In this document: positions 11,729 to 20,542 of the stretch, piece after piece
How the letters are laid out: each line of letters opens with the position of its first letter
Numbering within the stretch: position 1 is the first letter of the stretch
Notes under the pieces: generated by a model
Told to the model about the DNA's origin: nothing
The model's database searches: none
The model's input: the letters and a program-made list of their open reading frames with translations, nothing else
Made by a program: the position numbers and the translations under genes
Origin: Blastocatellia bacterium
GTDB lineage: Bacteria > Acidobacteriota > Blastocatellia > UBA7656
DNA length: 64,000 bases
Reading direction: 5' to 3'
Assembly (NCBI GenBank): GCA_035649735.1
Contig: DASRIZ010000243.1
Location: 19,034 to 83,033 of the forward strand

Positions 11729-11741
11729 AATGCCAGTTCCG

Positions 11742-11860
11742 ATAATCCCCCAACCGGCAGGTTGGGGATATTTCACTCCAGCCTACGGCGAGGGGCCGAC
11801 GACTCGATCAAGTAATCCCCCAACCAGGAGGTTGGGGATATTTCACGCCAGCCTACAGCG
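11742..11860. repeat. Two copies (period 70 nt) of a 49-nt hairpin-containing repeat in the sdhC-sdhA gap
   Basis: 11742-11790 and 11812-11860 are about 90% identical. Each contains TCCCCAACC-N-GGTTGGGGA followed by TATTTCACNCCAGCCTAC. Confidence 0.85.
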
Positions 11861-11920
11861 GAACAGCCCGCGCGACTCGCCGAATAACTCCTCAAGCTCA
11901 TCGAACTCACGGCTATTTTC

Positions 11921-12595
11921 TCATCTCACATAGCCTGACATGATCGCGATGGGAATCGAACAATTGCCGACAAAAATCACAAACGCCGACACCTGCGCAA
12001 AGCGATTGAACGAGGCTACAGTGGTCTTTCTCCTAATACCCAACGATTGGAACAGGCTCGAGACGCCGTGGCTAAGATGCAAACATAGCAGGCCCATGGA
12101 AACGATGTAGAACACGGAGACATACGGGTTGCGAAAGCCCTCAACCACCATCTGATAGACATCGTGTTGACCGAGCGGGTCCTGAAGATCCGCAAAGTCG
12201 GGATTTGTCACTCCAAGAGTGAAGTGCATCAGATGATAAACGATAAACGCGAATATGATCAGCCCGCTAACCAGGATCGTCCTCGACGCGAAAGTGGCGA
12301 TGGGTTTTCCCTCGGCATAGTTTTGCGGTCGCGCGGCTCGATTCTCTGCTGCTAGCTGAAGCGCGGATATTATGTGAAGCATGGTAATAATGAGCAGACC
12401 GACTCGCGCGGTCCACAGCAGCGCGGGTTTGGAAGCGAGCAACGCCGCGTACGTATTCATCGCTTCGCGTCCGAGATATACCTGGAGATTGCCAGCCATG
12501 TGAACGATCACAAACAGGAACAGCAGAAGCCCGGTGATCGCCATGACGTACTTTTTCCCAAGTGAAGAATGATAGGCGCGCGAGAACAGGTTCAT
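11921..12595 (-). CDS. sdhC: Succinate dehydrogenase cytochrome b subunit (single-subunit, B. subtilis-type anchor)
   Basis: About 224 aa, five TM segments with His-containing helices (FVIVHMAGNL, YHLMHFTLG). Lies upstream of sdhA/sdhB. The ORF opens with TTG 12598 followed by ATG 12595. Confidence 0.85.
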   Translation of the reverse strand: MNLFSRAYHSSLGKKYVMAITGLLLFLFVIVHMAGNLQVYLGREAMNTYAALLASKPALLWTARVGLLIITMLHIISALQLAAENRAARPQNYAEGKPIATFASRTILVSGLIIFAFIVYHLMHFTLGVTNPDFADLQDPLGQHDVYQMVVEGFRNPYVSVFYIVSMGLLCLHLSHGVSSLFQSLGIRRKTTVASFNRFAQVSAFVIFVGNCSIPIAIMSGYVR

Positions 12596-12870
12596 CAAAA
12601 GATCCTTAAGCGGTGCATCAGCTGATCGTCGACCGGAACCGCGTCGATGACACTACTTTAGAAGGTGACAATAACAAGGAGGGCTTAGGATGTAAAATTC
12701 AAAAGATTTAGTTTGGTCATTAGCGCAGCTTCACGAGCGCCTGACGGAATTGGGGGTTACGCGCCCGCCCCAAATAGGGGGTTCCTTGACACTGTCAATC
12801 ACCGGTCTCATGCTGGGTGCCATTGAGATGATTAATCGGCACGACAATTACTAGTCTAAGCGGAGGTCGC

Positions 12871-14817
12871 GTGAAAAGACTATTGCTGCTCAGCTTCTTG
12901 ATCCTGGCTCTGATCCTGGCGTTTCAGCAGAAGTCGGAGCTTTATTCAGACTCCCAGATTGCAAAACAATCAAGCGTCAACCAGTCAGGCTCAAGGTCTG
13001 GGCGACACAAATCGGTGGGAAAATTCGAGCCGGTCCAAGCGAATGAACTGCAGGCGGCTTCCGAAAGGGCGCTCAAGCTCATTCAGCAATCACAGGTTGT
13101 CTGGTATCAGAAGGAGAGCTGCACATCTTGTCATCACCAGCTCTTGCCGGAGATTCCGATCAGGCTGGCTCGCGAGCGTGGCGTTCCCGTTGATGAGAAC
13201 GTTGCGCGAGCAACCACGGCCAATGCCTTCGCGTATTTGAAAGATCTTGATAGCGCGCAACAAGGGTACGATTACATAGACGTGCTGTTCGACGGTTGGG
13301 CGCTGGTGGCTGCCAGGTTTGCCGGAGTGAAGCCAAATCTGACCACATCCGCAAGCGCTCAATTCATTGCCTCACGCCAGCTCCCCGACGGCAGTTGGCC
13401 GACGGTTGATTCGCGCCCTCCTCAATCGCATAGTCTTTTCACGACAACCGCCGTCTGTACGCAAGCCATTCGGAACTATATGCCTCCACAGTTCAAAAAC
13501 GAGGCCCAGACCAGAATAGCCCGAGCTCGCCAATGGCTGATCAAAGCGCTGCCGGCTACGACTGAGGATCGTGTTTTTCAACTTCTCGGATTGCATTGGA
13601 CGGGTGCTGATAATGTCGCTCGAGGCAACGCTGGCAGACAACTACTGGGGCAGCAACGCGAGGACGGCGGGTGGTCTCAGTTGCCAGCGATGGAGAGCGA
13701 CGCTTACGCTACCGGCGAAGTTCTGGTCGCGCTCCACGAGGCGGCGGGGGTCTCGTCGAGTAATCCTGCCTACCAGCGCGGATTGCGCTTCTTATTAAAG
13801 ACTCAGCAATCCGACGGTTCGTGGCGCGTCAATTCGCGGCTGCATCCACCCGCGCCTGTAAGCCCTCCTTACTTCGAAACCGGTTTTCCCTATGGGCACA
13901 GCCAGTTCAGCTCGGCTATGGGAACGAGCTGGGCAGCGGCGGCATTATTACATGCACTCCCAATGAAACCGGGGCAAGGACTGAAGCCGCCCTCGCTGGA
14001 TGTCCCGACCGCTGAACAAGCGGATTGGGTTCAGGTTGCGCTGAACGGAACCGCAGCCGACTTGAAAAAGTTGCTCGATGCCGGAATGAATCCCAGCTCA
14101 AAAACGGCAACAGGGATGACGGCCCTAATGTTCGCAGCGCGTGATCTCGAGAAAGTATCGCTTCTGATCGAACGCGGAGCTGATGTTAACGCCCGGGCGG
14201 CTACCGGCATTAATGCTTTGATGATCGCCTCCCGATACCGCGGGAACGCGCCAGTGGTCGGCCAGCTGCTCAAAAAAGGCGCCAAGCCGAATGCCGAGAA
14301 GGGTGTGGAGATTCGTAATGATGCTTCGGCGATGTTTTTCGCAGTGATGTCAGGAGACGCCGAAACTATAGGGATTCTCCTGGACGCCGGTGCAAAAATG
14401 GATCGAATGAAAATTCTGGGGAGGTTTCCGTTCAGCCCGTTGCTCTACGCAACCTTTACCGGCGACGCCGACCTGGTCGAGTACCTGATTGGCAAGGGTG
14501 GGAATCCGAACGAAGTTGATGATGACGGGATCTCAATTCTTGGATGGGCGGCGGTTGCTAACCATGCCCGCACGGTTCAGGCACTGATTACCAGGGGCGC
14601 CCGGGTGAACCACGTCGACAAGTACGGTATGACTCCCTTGCTATACGCCACTTCAATCGATTACGGCGATACAGTAGTGATTGGAAAGCTGATCGCCGCG
14701 GGAGCCGATCTGACCGTAAAAACTAAGGAGGGCTTGACGGCTCTGGAGCTGGCGAAGTCCTATCGTCATCAGGCGCAGGCCAACTTGTTGCACGGCAAAC
14801 TTGGCGCCGTTCGTTGA
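12871..14817 (+). CDS. Secreted/anchored protein with a CxxCH motif, prenyltransferase-like toroid repeats and C-terminal ankyrin repeats
   Basis: 648 aa. GTG start with GGAGG 4 nt upstream. N-terminal hydrophobic segment and a CTSCH motif. DGSW/GGW repeats (RQLPDGSWP, QREDGGWSQ, QQSDGSWR). At least five ankyrin units (e.g. GMTALMFAARDLEKVSLLIERGADVNA). Confidence 0.75.
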   Translation: MKRLLLLSFLILALILAFQQKSELYSDSQIAKQSSVNQSGSRSGRHKSVGKFEPVQANELQAASERALKLIQQSQVVWYQKESCTSCHHQLLPEIPIRLARERGVPVDENVARATTANAFAYLKDLDSAQQGYDYIDVLFDGWALVAARFAGVKPNLTTSASAQFIASRQLPDGSWPTVDSRPPQSHSLFTTTAVCTQAIRNYMPPQFKNEAQTRIARARQWLIKALPATTEDRVFQLLGLHWTGADNVARGNAGRQLLGQQREDGGWSQLPAMESDAYATGEVLVALHEAAGVSSSNPAYQRGLRFLLKTQQSDGSWRVNSRLHPPAPVSPPYFETGFPYGHSQFSSAMGTSWAAAALLHALPMKPGQGLKPPSLDVPTAEQADWVQVALNGTAADLKKLLDAGMNPSSKTATGMTALMFAARDLEKVSLLIERGADVNARAATGINALMIASRYRGNAPVVGQLLKKGAKPNAEKGVEIRNDASAMFFAVMSGDAETIGILLDAGAKMDRMKILGRFPFSPLLYATFTGDADLVEYLIGKGGNPNEVDDDGISILGWAAVANHARTVQALITRGARVNHVDKYGMTPLLYATSIDYGDTVVIGKLIAAGADLTVKTKEGLTALELAKSYRHQAQANLLHGKLGAVR

Positions 14818-14939
14818 GGCGTCGCCGACTCCTGGGAGCGCCGACATCCTGCCTGGCTTATCTCGCCATAAACATCTTCGCTAGATCAACAGTGCCAAGC
14901 AGCACGCAGGATGCCGGCGCTCGCTCCCCCAGGGATCCC

Positions 14940-15518
14940 TTATTGACCGGGACCAGTGCAGGCCCCCGGTTCTGCATGCGGGATAGAGCTAAGGTATGTG
15001 TAGATCGCAAGAATGTCGCGGTCGGTCATATTCCTAAAAATCGGCCAGGGCATCACTTGCAATATCTCGTCAGGATCGTCGGGGTCGTGGCCGGTTCGGA
15101 TCAGTTCGAGATACTCTTCGAAGTCCAATCCGGCCGGTTTTCCGTTCGCATCCGGCGTTATGTTGGCGGAGATGATCGGTCCGAAGGGGACACCTCCAGC
15201 CAGGTAGTTTGTTGCGTTGATCTGGCCATCACCACCCTGAAACGGATTATGTCCGGCTGCATACGTTGGGCACGAATGACAATCAGCGCAGGCGGCCTGC
15301 GCGTTGACAATGTAGCTTCCAAGACCCACCAAATCCCGATCGCGGTTTCGGAAGGTGAGGTTAACCGGGGCAATCTCCAGGCCCTGTTGGATCCTCTTCT
15401 TCTCGGCCTTGGCTCTCTCATCTCCCTGGTCATTGTTTTGGCCAGTCGATGAATTCGTCAGGACGGTAACCAGGACGAATGCCGTTAGAAGGACAGCGAT
15501 CTTCATACTCCGGTTCAT
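14940..15518 (-). CDS. Secreted mono-haem cytochrome c family protein
   Basis: 192 aa. Signal peptide (MKIAVLLTAFVLVTVLT), one CADCH motif, AAGGAGA RBS. Confidence 0.7.
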   Translation of the reverse strand: MNRSMKIAVLLTAFVLVTVLTNSSTGQNNDQGDERAKAEKKRIQQGLEIAPVNLTFRNRDRDLVGLGSYIVNAQAACADCHSCPTYAAGHNPFQGGDGQINATNYLAGGVPFGPIISANITPDANGKPAGLDFEEYLELIRTGHDPDDPDEILQVMPWPIFRNMTDRDILAIYTYLSSIPHAEPGACTGPGQ

Positions 15519-15876
15519 AACTTTCTCCTTGAGTTGAAACTAAAGCGAGCCCACCTTAATCTGCGACCAAGCCTGCGGAGCAAAAAGTATTCCCGCGCAA
15601 GGTCGACATTTTGCGCCGGCAACCTGTCTGAAAGGCGATTCAAAAGGGATGTGCGGTCAAGTATCAAGTCTTACTTATCGTTTGGCTTGAGTATTCGTTT
15701 ACGAGGAAGGCGACTGTTTTGAAGACGCGTAAAAATGTCCACAAACACATGCATCGCCCTGTTCGAATACAGCTAAAAAAAGACCTTATTCGCGATCGTG
15801 GAATTCAAGATCCACGCTTCTGAATGGAGACTTGTGCCCGACGCGTTTTGGTTCGACTCTCTGCTAGAATGACGCG

Positions 15877-16785
15877 GTGCCAGAACTCCCTGACATCGCC
15901 GCTTACATCGAAGCTCTACAGCCGCGAGTGCTAAACCAGCCTATCCAGGAAATTCTGGTGACGAACCCTTTTCTATTGCGGTCGGTGGATCCGCCGTTAA
16001 GCGAAGCATGGGGAAAGCAAGTTATCGAACTTCGGCGGCTCGGTAAACGAATTGTGTTTGGCCTTGAAGAGGATCTCTTCCTGGTGATCCATTTGATGAT
16101 TGCCGGGCGCTTCCACTGGAAACCGAGCCGCCAAAAAGTTAACCGCCAAACGCTCGCGCTCTTTGTTTTTCCTTCGGGAACGTTGATGCTCACCGAAGCT
16201 GGTTCTAAGAAGCGGGCTTCGATGTACTTTGTCCGAGGCGATACGCTGGCCGCACACGACCCGCAAGGTCTTGAAGTCCTCGATGCTGATTTCGGAAGTT
16301 TCGCGTCTCGATTGACGGCCGAGAATCACACGCTGAAGCGCGCTCTTACGGATCCGCATAGCTTTAGTGGAATCGGTAATGCTTATTCGGATGAGATCCT
16401 GCATGCAGCAGGACTGTCGCCTCTCAAGCTAACGAAGCGTCTGGACGAAACTGAGATTCGGCGTCTCTACGACGCGACGCGGTCGACGCTTCAGTTTTGG
16501 ATAGACAAACTGTGTAAAGAAGCGAGGGAAGCGTTTCCGGAGAAAGTAACTGCATTTAGACCAGAGATGTCGGTTCACGGCCGCTACGGCAAGGCATGCC
16601 CCAGGTGCGGTACGCCCGTTCAGAGGATTGTCTACGCGGCGAACGAGGCAAACTACTGTCCTTCGTGTCAGACGGGCGGACGGTTGCTTGCCGACCGTGC
16701 TCTTTCGCGCTTGTTGAAGGAGGACTGGCCGCGAACTCTAGAGGAGCTCGAGCAAGTCAAAGAGCAAAGGGCGACGAGGAGCTAA
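15877..16785 (+). CDS. Fpg/Nei-family DNA glycosylase / AP lyase
   Basis: 302 aa. (M)PELPD N-terminus with catalytic Pro2, H2TH-like NAYSDEILHAAGLSP, C-terminal zinc finger CPRCG..CPSCQ. GTG start. Confidence 0.85.
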   Translation: MPELPDIAAYIEALQPRVLNQPIQEILVTNPFLLRSVDPPLSEAWGKQVIELRRLGKRIVFGLEEDLFLVIHLMIAGRFHWKPSRQKVNRQTLALFVFPSGTLMLTEAGSKKRASMYFVRGDTLAAHDPQGLEVLDADFGSFASRLTAENHTLKRALTDPHSFSGIGNAYSDEILHAAGLSPLKLTKRLDETEIRRLYDATRSTLQFWIDKLCKEAREAFPEKVTAFRPEMSVHGRYGKACPRCGTPVQRIVYAANEANYCPSCQTGGRLLADRALSRLLKEDWPRTLEELEQVKEQRATRS

Positions 16786-16857
16786 GGGCAAAGGGCAAAG
16801 GGCAAAGGGCAAAGGGACTCTTGGCTCTTAGCTCTTTGCCCTTCGCCCTTTGCTCTT
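16786..16857. repeat. Heptamer-armed hairpin, (GGGCAAA)x4 facing CTCTTTGCCCTTCGCCCTTTGCTCTTT; probable bidirectional terminator
   Basis: Fills the whole gap between the convergent Fpg-like and VWFA genes. The arms are reverse-complementary with mismatches. Confidence 0.8.
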
Positions 16858-18966
16858 TTACTTTTGGACCAGAAACTCGACCGACCTGCGGAATTCGCGA
16901 TTGGACTTATCCTTGACCTCGACGCGCAACGCATAAAAGCCTGGTTCCAGATCCAGGTTTACCTGGCCGCCTATTTCGATACCCCGGTTATCCTTTCCCA
17001 CCATTCTGGAGGACACAGGCTGTGGTTCGCTTTCGTAAATGACTTTGTCGTTCAGGGCTATCTCCGAACGAATCGTTAGATCTGACGCGACGCTCGACGG
17101 AGCGTTGTAGAGCATCAGGTAATAGACGAGCATACTGCCAGTCTTGTAGGTCTTGATCGCGTCCAGTTGTTGTAGTCCACTCACCGGCTGTTGCGACTCG
17201 CTTGCGGTTGTCAGAAGGACGCTGCTCAGTTCCAGCTTTCCCTTCGCGAGATCGGGAACTTCAACCGACGCGTTTGCTGTTCCGATATTCTCGGTTTCAG
17301 CCTCAAGCGCTCCGATGCGCACCTGATAGGAGCCGGGTTTTAATTCCATTCTCTTTGTGTAGCTGAATCCGGAATTCTTTACTTCGCTCAGGCGATCGCT
17401 GGGCACGCCGCCTTTTATCTTCTCGATAAAACTAGTTACCAGTTTTCCGGCGCGATCGTAGATGGTACCCGCGACCTCGAGCGCGAGCGTTGAGCGGTCA
17501 CCCATCTCGTGGTATGTCAGGCGTCCTCCGTCTATCACAAGCCTGATGGACACCTGAGCCTTGTCGCTTTCGACCTCGAGGTAATGCGCAGAGGCGCTGA
17601 CATTGAGTCCGGTTTCTGGTATCGGGCGGGCTATAGCGTCAAACAATCGCTGCTGAGGGGATTTGGCAGGGACTTTTTGGGCCTTTGCGATGTCCGACGG
17701 CAGATATCCCTTCTGAGTTCTAACGGTGTATTCTGGATGTCCCTTGACTTGCAAAACAATATCGCGGAAACCCTGGCCGTCAGTCGTAGGGTAGTAGGCG
17801 AGAGCATAGTATACGTTGTTGCCTTCGAAGCTCTTTTTGAGAGCCCAGTTCAGGTCGTTTGTTCTGAAGAAGACATCGCCGCCGGTGTCCTTGGCGATTG
17901 CGTTCATTCCGTCCAGCTCGTCTTTCTCCGACGACGACGCGTAACGGGCGATCCGGCCCTGGAGTCCCGGATCGAATGATCCATACGCGGGCCCGCGTCT
18001 CGAAGCGTCGATCTCCAGGGGTGCCTGTAGCCCCCTGGAGTTTATCGAAAACACCACCGTTCCCGAACGAACCGCCCTGCTGATTGCTTGCTGCAGATCG
18101 AGACTTTCGACGTTGCCGCGAGAGTCAAGCAGCGAGAACCCGTCCGAAAAGAAGAACATCAGTCGCTGCCCGGGCGCTTTGGCCATCAGCTCGGTTGCCG
18201 CCCTGAACGTCCCGAGAATGCTGTTTCGCTTGAAGCTGGCCTGAGCCAACACCTCGCCCGCCCTCGCCAACGCCATCTGTTTGAGCACCGACGGAGACAG
18301 CATTTCGGGATTCAGCCCTTCTTCGCTCTGGAGGACTTTGATCGCGAGGTTGATCGCATCCGGATTCTCGCGCCTGACGTCAGCCGCCAGAGCCGGCGAA
18401 AAGTAGCTGTTGTTTGCCGAAGATCCCCATGCGGCAATTCTTCCCACATAATATCGCAGCAGGTTACGTTCTCGCGTAAAGCGGGCTGGAATGCCTTCCA
18501 TGCCTCCGCTTGTCACGATCATTACCGCGTCCTGATCCGTAATTTGTTCGTCGATGAACTTCCTTAAGCCCTGTTTTACTCGCAATAGATTTGGCCCCGC
18601 CATATTGATAGTATCCACGAACAACAGTAGTGATCGAGCGGGTTCTGCGGCAGGCGGCGGTGGTTCGCCCGGTACGACATTGGCAATGTTTACGCGCTGC
18701 GAAATCGACAGCGGACCTACACGTTCCTCCTCGAAGGAGCTTATGTCCTGCAATCGTCCTTTCTCGCGAAGCTCAAAATCTTCTTTCTTCAAACCCTGGA
18801 CAAGGATTCCCTGGCGGTCGGTAACCACTGCGCGAAGTTCAACCAGAACCGTTTTGAGCTCGACCACCCAATCCTGCTCAGCCTTCTTTTTCTGGTCCTG
18901 GGCGTGGCTGGCGCCCGTCGAAAGAACGAGCAGACTACTTAGAAGCAGGCAAGTTACATCTTTCAT
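16858..18966 (-). CDS. VWFA-related acidobacterial-type domain protein
   Basis: 702 aa. Signal peptide. The N-terminal block VLVELRAVVTDRQGILVQGLKKEDFELREKGRLQDISSFEE, followed by a VWA-like region, matches the TIGR03436-type pattern (from memory). Confidence 0.75.
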   Translation of the reverse strand: MKDVTCLLLSSLLVLSTGASHAQDQKKKAEQDWVVELKTVLVELRAVVTDRQGILVQGLKKEDFELREKGRLQDISSFEEERVGPLSISQRVNIANVVPGEPPPPAAEPARSLLLFVDTINMAGPNLLRVKQGLRKFIDEQITDQDAVMIVTSGGMEGIPARFTRERNLLRYYVGRIAAWGSSANNSYFSPALAADVRRENPDAINLAIKVLQSEEGLNPEMLSPSVLKQMALARAGEVLAQASFKRNSILGTFRAATELMAKAPGQRLMFFFSDGFSLLDSRGNVESLDLQQAISRAVRSGTVVFSINSRGLQAPLEIDASRRGPAYGSFDPGLQGRIARYASSSEKDELDGMNAIAKDTGGDVFFRTNDLNWALKKSFEGNNVYYALAYYPTTDGQGFRDIVLQVKGHPEYTVRTQKGYLPSDIAKAQKVPAKSPQQRLFDAIARPIPETGLNVSASAHYLEVESDKAQVSIRLVIDGGRLTYHEMGDRSTLALEVAGTIYDRAGKLVTSFIEKIKGGVPSDRLSEVKNSGFSYTKRMELKPGSYQVRIGALEAETENIGTANASVEVPDLAKGKLELSSVLLTTASESQQPVSGLQQLDAIKTYKTGSMLVYYLMLYNAPSSVASDLTIRSEIALNDKVIYESEPQPVSSRMVGKDNRGIEIGGQVNLDLEPGFYALRVEVKDKSNREFRRSVEFLVQK

Positions 18967-19090
18967 CGTTTCTCTCCGGACGATACAGATTAAGTCGATC
19001 GTCGTCCATGAAAACGATCCGCTGGGGTGCTTAGTGTAACCGACGTTTTGTACGAATCAAAGTATTAACGGTTCACCGATAGTCGATGCT

Positions 19091-19465
19091 TCACAGGCTG
19101 AAATCTATCAAGCCACCCGAGAGCTTCCGAGCAAGCGCGACACCCACCCCGACAACTCGCTCTGAGGTCTCAATCGGCCGGCTGCCCTGCCTTGTTTCCA
19201 GGAACCCGGGTTCTGCGAGCACCCCGAGCCGGACGCGTCCGTCTTCTTCGATGAGCACGATGTCGCCGGCAAGCGGCTCCCGGCCCTCAGCGCAAAGCAC
19301 GATGTCCCCTTCAAGCAAGCTCTTATCGGGCCATGAGCCGTTAACCATCACGCATTCGTAGTCTGCTTCCGGGATCCCCAACACTTTTACGATGACGTCC
19401 TCGTCATCTGCGTAGACCTGCAGACGCCGCTTTTCGTGCGAGGGTATGTTTTGATCTTTTTCCAA
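19091..19465 (-). CDS. S24/LexA-like peptidase-fold domain protein (start uncertain, no HTH)
   Basis: The block ..CVMVNGSWPDKSLLEGDIVLCAEG..GDIVLIEEDGRVRLGVL..VVGVGVALARKL parallels the LexA/UmuD C-terminal domain. The track ORF start (19522) lies inside a repeat. TTG 19465 is the first plausible start. Confidence 0.4.
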   Translation of the reverse strand: MEKDQNIPSHEKRRLQVYADDEDVIVKVLGIPEADYECVMVNGSWPDKSLLEGDIVLCAEGREPLAGDIVLIEEDGRVRLGVLAEPGFLETRQGSRPIETSERVVGVGVALARKLSGGLIDFSL

Positions 19466-19475
19466 TTGTTTATCT

Positions 19476-19595
19476 AACGTGATGAGTGAAACGTGAAGCG
19501 TGATGCGTGATGCGTGAAACAATCCGCACTCGTTACTTTTCTCGCATCACGTTTCAATCCAATTTCACTCATCACGTTTCACGCATCACGTTTCC
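19476..19595. repeat. Heptamer-armed hairpin (GTGATGC/GTGAAAC units)
   Basis: Left arm AACGTGATGAGTGAAACGTGAAGCGTGATGCGTGATGCGTGAAAC. Right arm GCATCACGTTTCAATCCAATTTCACTCATCACGTTTCACGCATCACGTTTCC. Lies between DUF2461 and the S24-like gene. Confidence 0.85.
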
Positions 19596-19598
19596 TTC

Positions 19599-20366
19599 TC
19601 ACTTCATTCTACCCGCGGCCTTTGTGAGCGGGCGGGCGAGCAGTTCCGCGTTCTCGCGGTACAATTCGAGATCGGCCGTCAGCCGTTCGCTGGTAGCAAA
19701 CAGCCAAAGCGGGTACAGATCCAAAAAGATCTCTTGCGCCACATCCAGGAAAGCGCGCCGCGCAACAATACGATCCCCGGGCTTGAAGTGCTCGCCTACG
19801 GTAAACCCCTCAAGGTTCACCCAACGTCGCGCGGTTTTTGGCAGCGGCCATTTCGTGACCTTCCCATCTTCGCCACCCGCAAGTTCCCAATACGATTCGG
19901 ATATTCCGCGCTCGTCAAGGTAACGCTGAAATGAACGCAAATTCCTCTTTATCGTCTCTTGTATGGGTCCATTACCCTGTTCTCGATGACCTCCGGGATA
20001 AAACCCGATAGAGATGCCGTGCGGGTAGATGCCGGCGTAGAGCAAGGCGGTGTTCCACCACTTCTGACCGCGACGCGAAAAGCCGACATAGATAACCGGA
20101 CGATAGGGCGGCCGATTCTTATGGAACCGCATATCGTTGCTTATTCTACTGATGGTACGTCCAACGCGTGCCTCCGTTTCGATGTCCTCGTTTAGCATAT
20201 GGAGGATCGGGCCGAGTTCAGCGACGAAGGCTTTGACTGGTCCGAGAACCGCGCTCTCGTATTCGTGGCGGTGCTCATCGAACCACGGTTTGTTGTTGTT
20301 TTCGGCAAGACCGGACAGGAACTGAAATAACGTCGCCGAGAAACCATCAAAGCGGTCTCGATTCAT
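19599..20366 (-). CDS. DUF2461 (TIGR02453) family protein
   Basis: 255 aa. The N-terminus FSATLFQFLSGLAENNNKPWFDEHRHEYE fits the family pattern (from memory). Confidence 0.7.
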   Translation of the reverse strand: MNRDRFDGFSATLFQFLSGLAENNNKPWFDEHRHEYESAVLGPVKAFVAELGPILHMLNEDIETEARVGRTISRISNDMRFHKNRPPYRPVIYVGFSRRGQKWWNTALLYAGIYPHGISIGFYPGGHREQGNGPIQETIKRNLRSFQRYLDERGISESYWELAGGEDGKVTKWPLPKTARRWVNLEGFTVGEHFKPGDRIVARRAFLDVAQEIFLDLYPLWLFATSERLTADLELYRENAELLARPLTKAAGRMK

Positions 20367-20542
20367 GCGGCGCCCCTTTAGTCACAACAATTGCATCGTG
20401 GATATTGCCATAATCCGGGCTGAGCTTACGGGCTCAATATGACCGCTGTCAACCGCAGTCATATGGTGCGCGAATCGAGAATCGCAAGCCCGGCACCGCC
20501 CAGTCTTGCTCCCCGAACGTGAATTCCTTAGACTGAGCAAGA

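Noticed and set aside
12786-12798. Perfect 13-nt palindrome TTGACACTGTCAA in the sdhC / ankyrin-gene divergent region (possible operator overlapping a -35-like TTGACA).
   Set aside because: It is a single short palindrome with no second copy in the window, so it could be chance.
15865-15879. TAGAAT box 6 nt upstream of the Fpg-like GTG start, suggesting a leaderless mRNA.
   Set aside because: There is no convincing -35 element at 16-18 nt spacing, and leaderless initiation normally needs AUG. Too weak to report as a feature.
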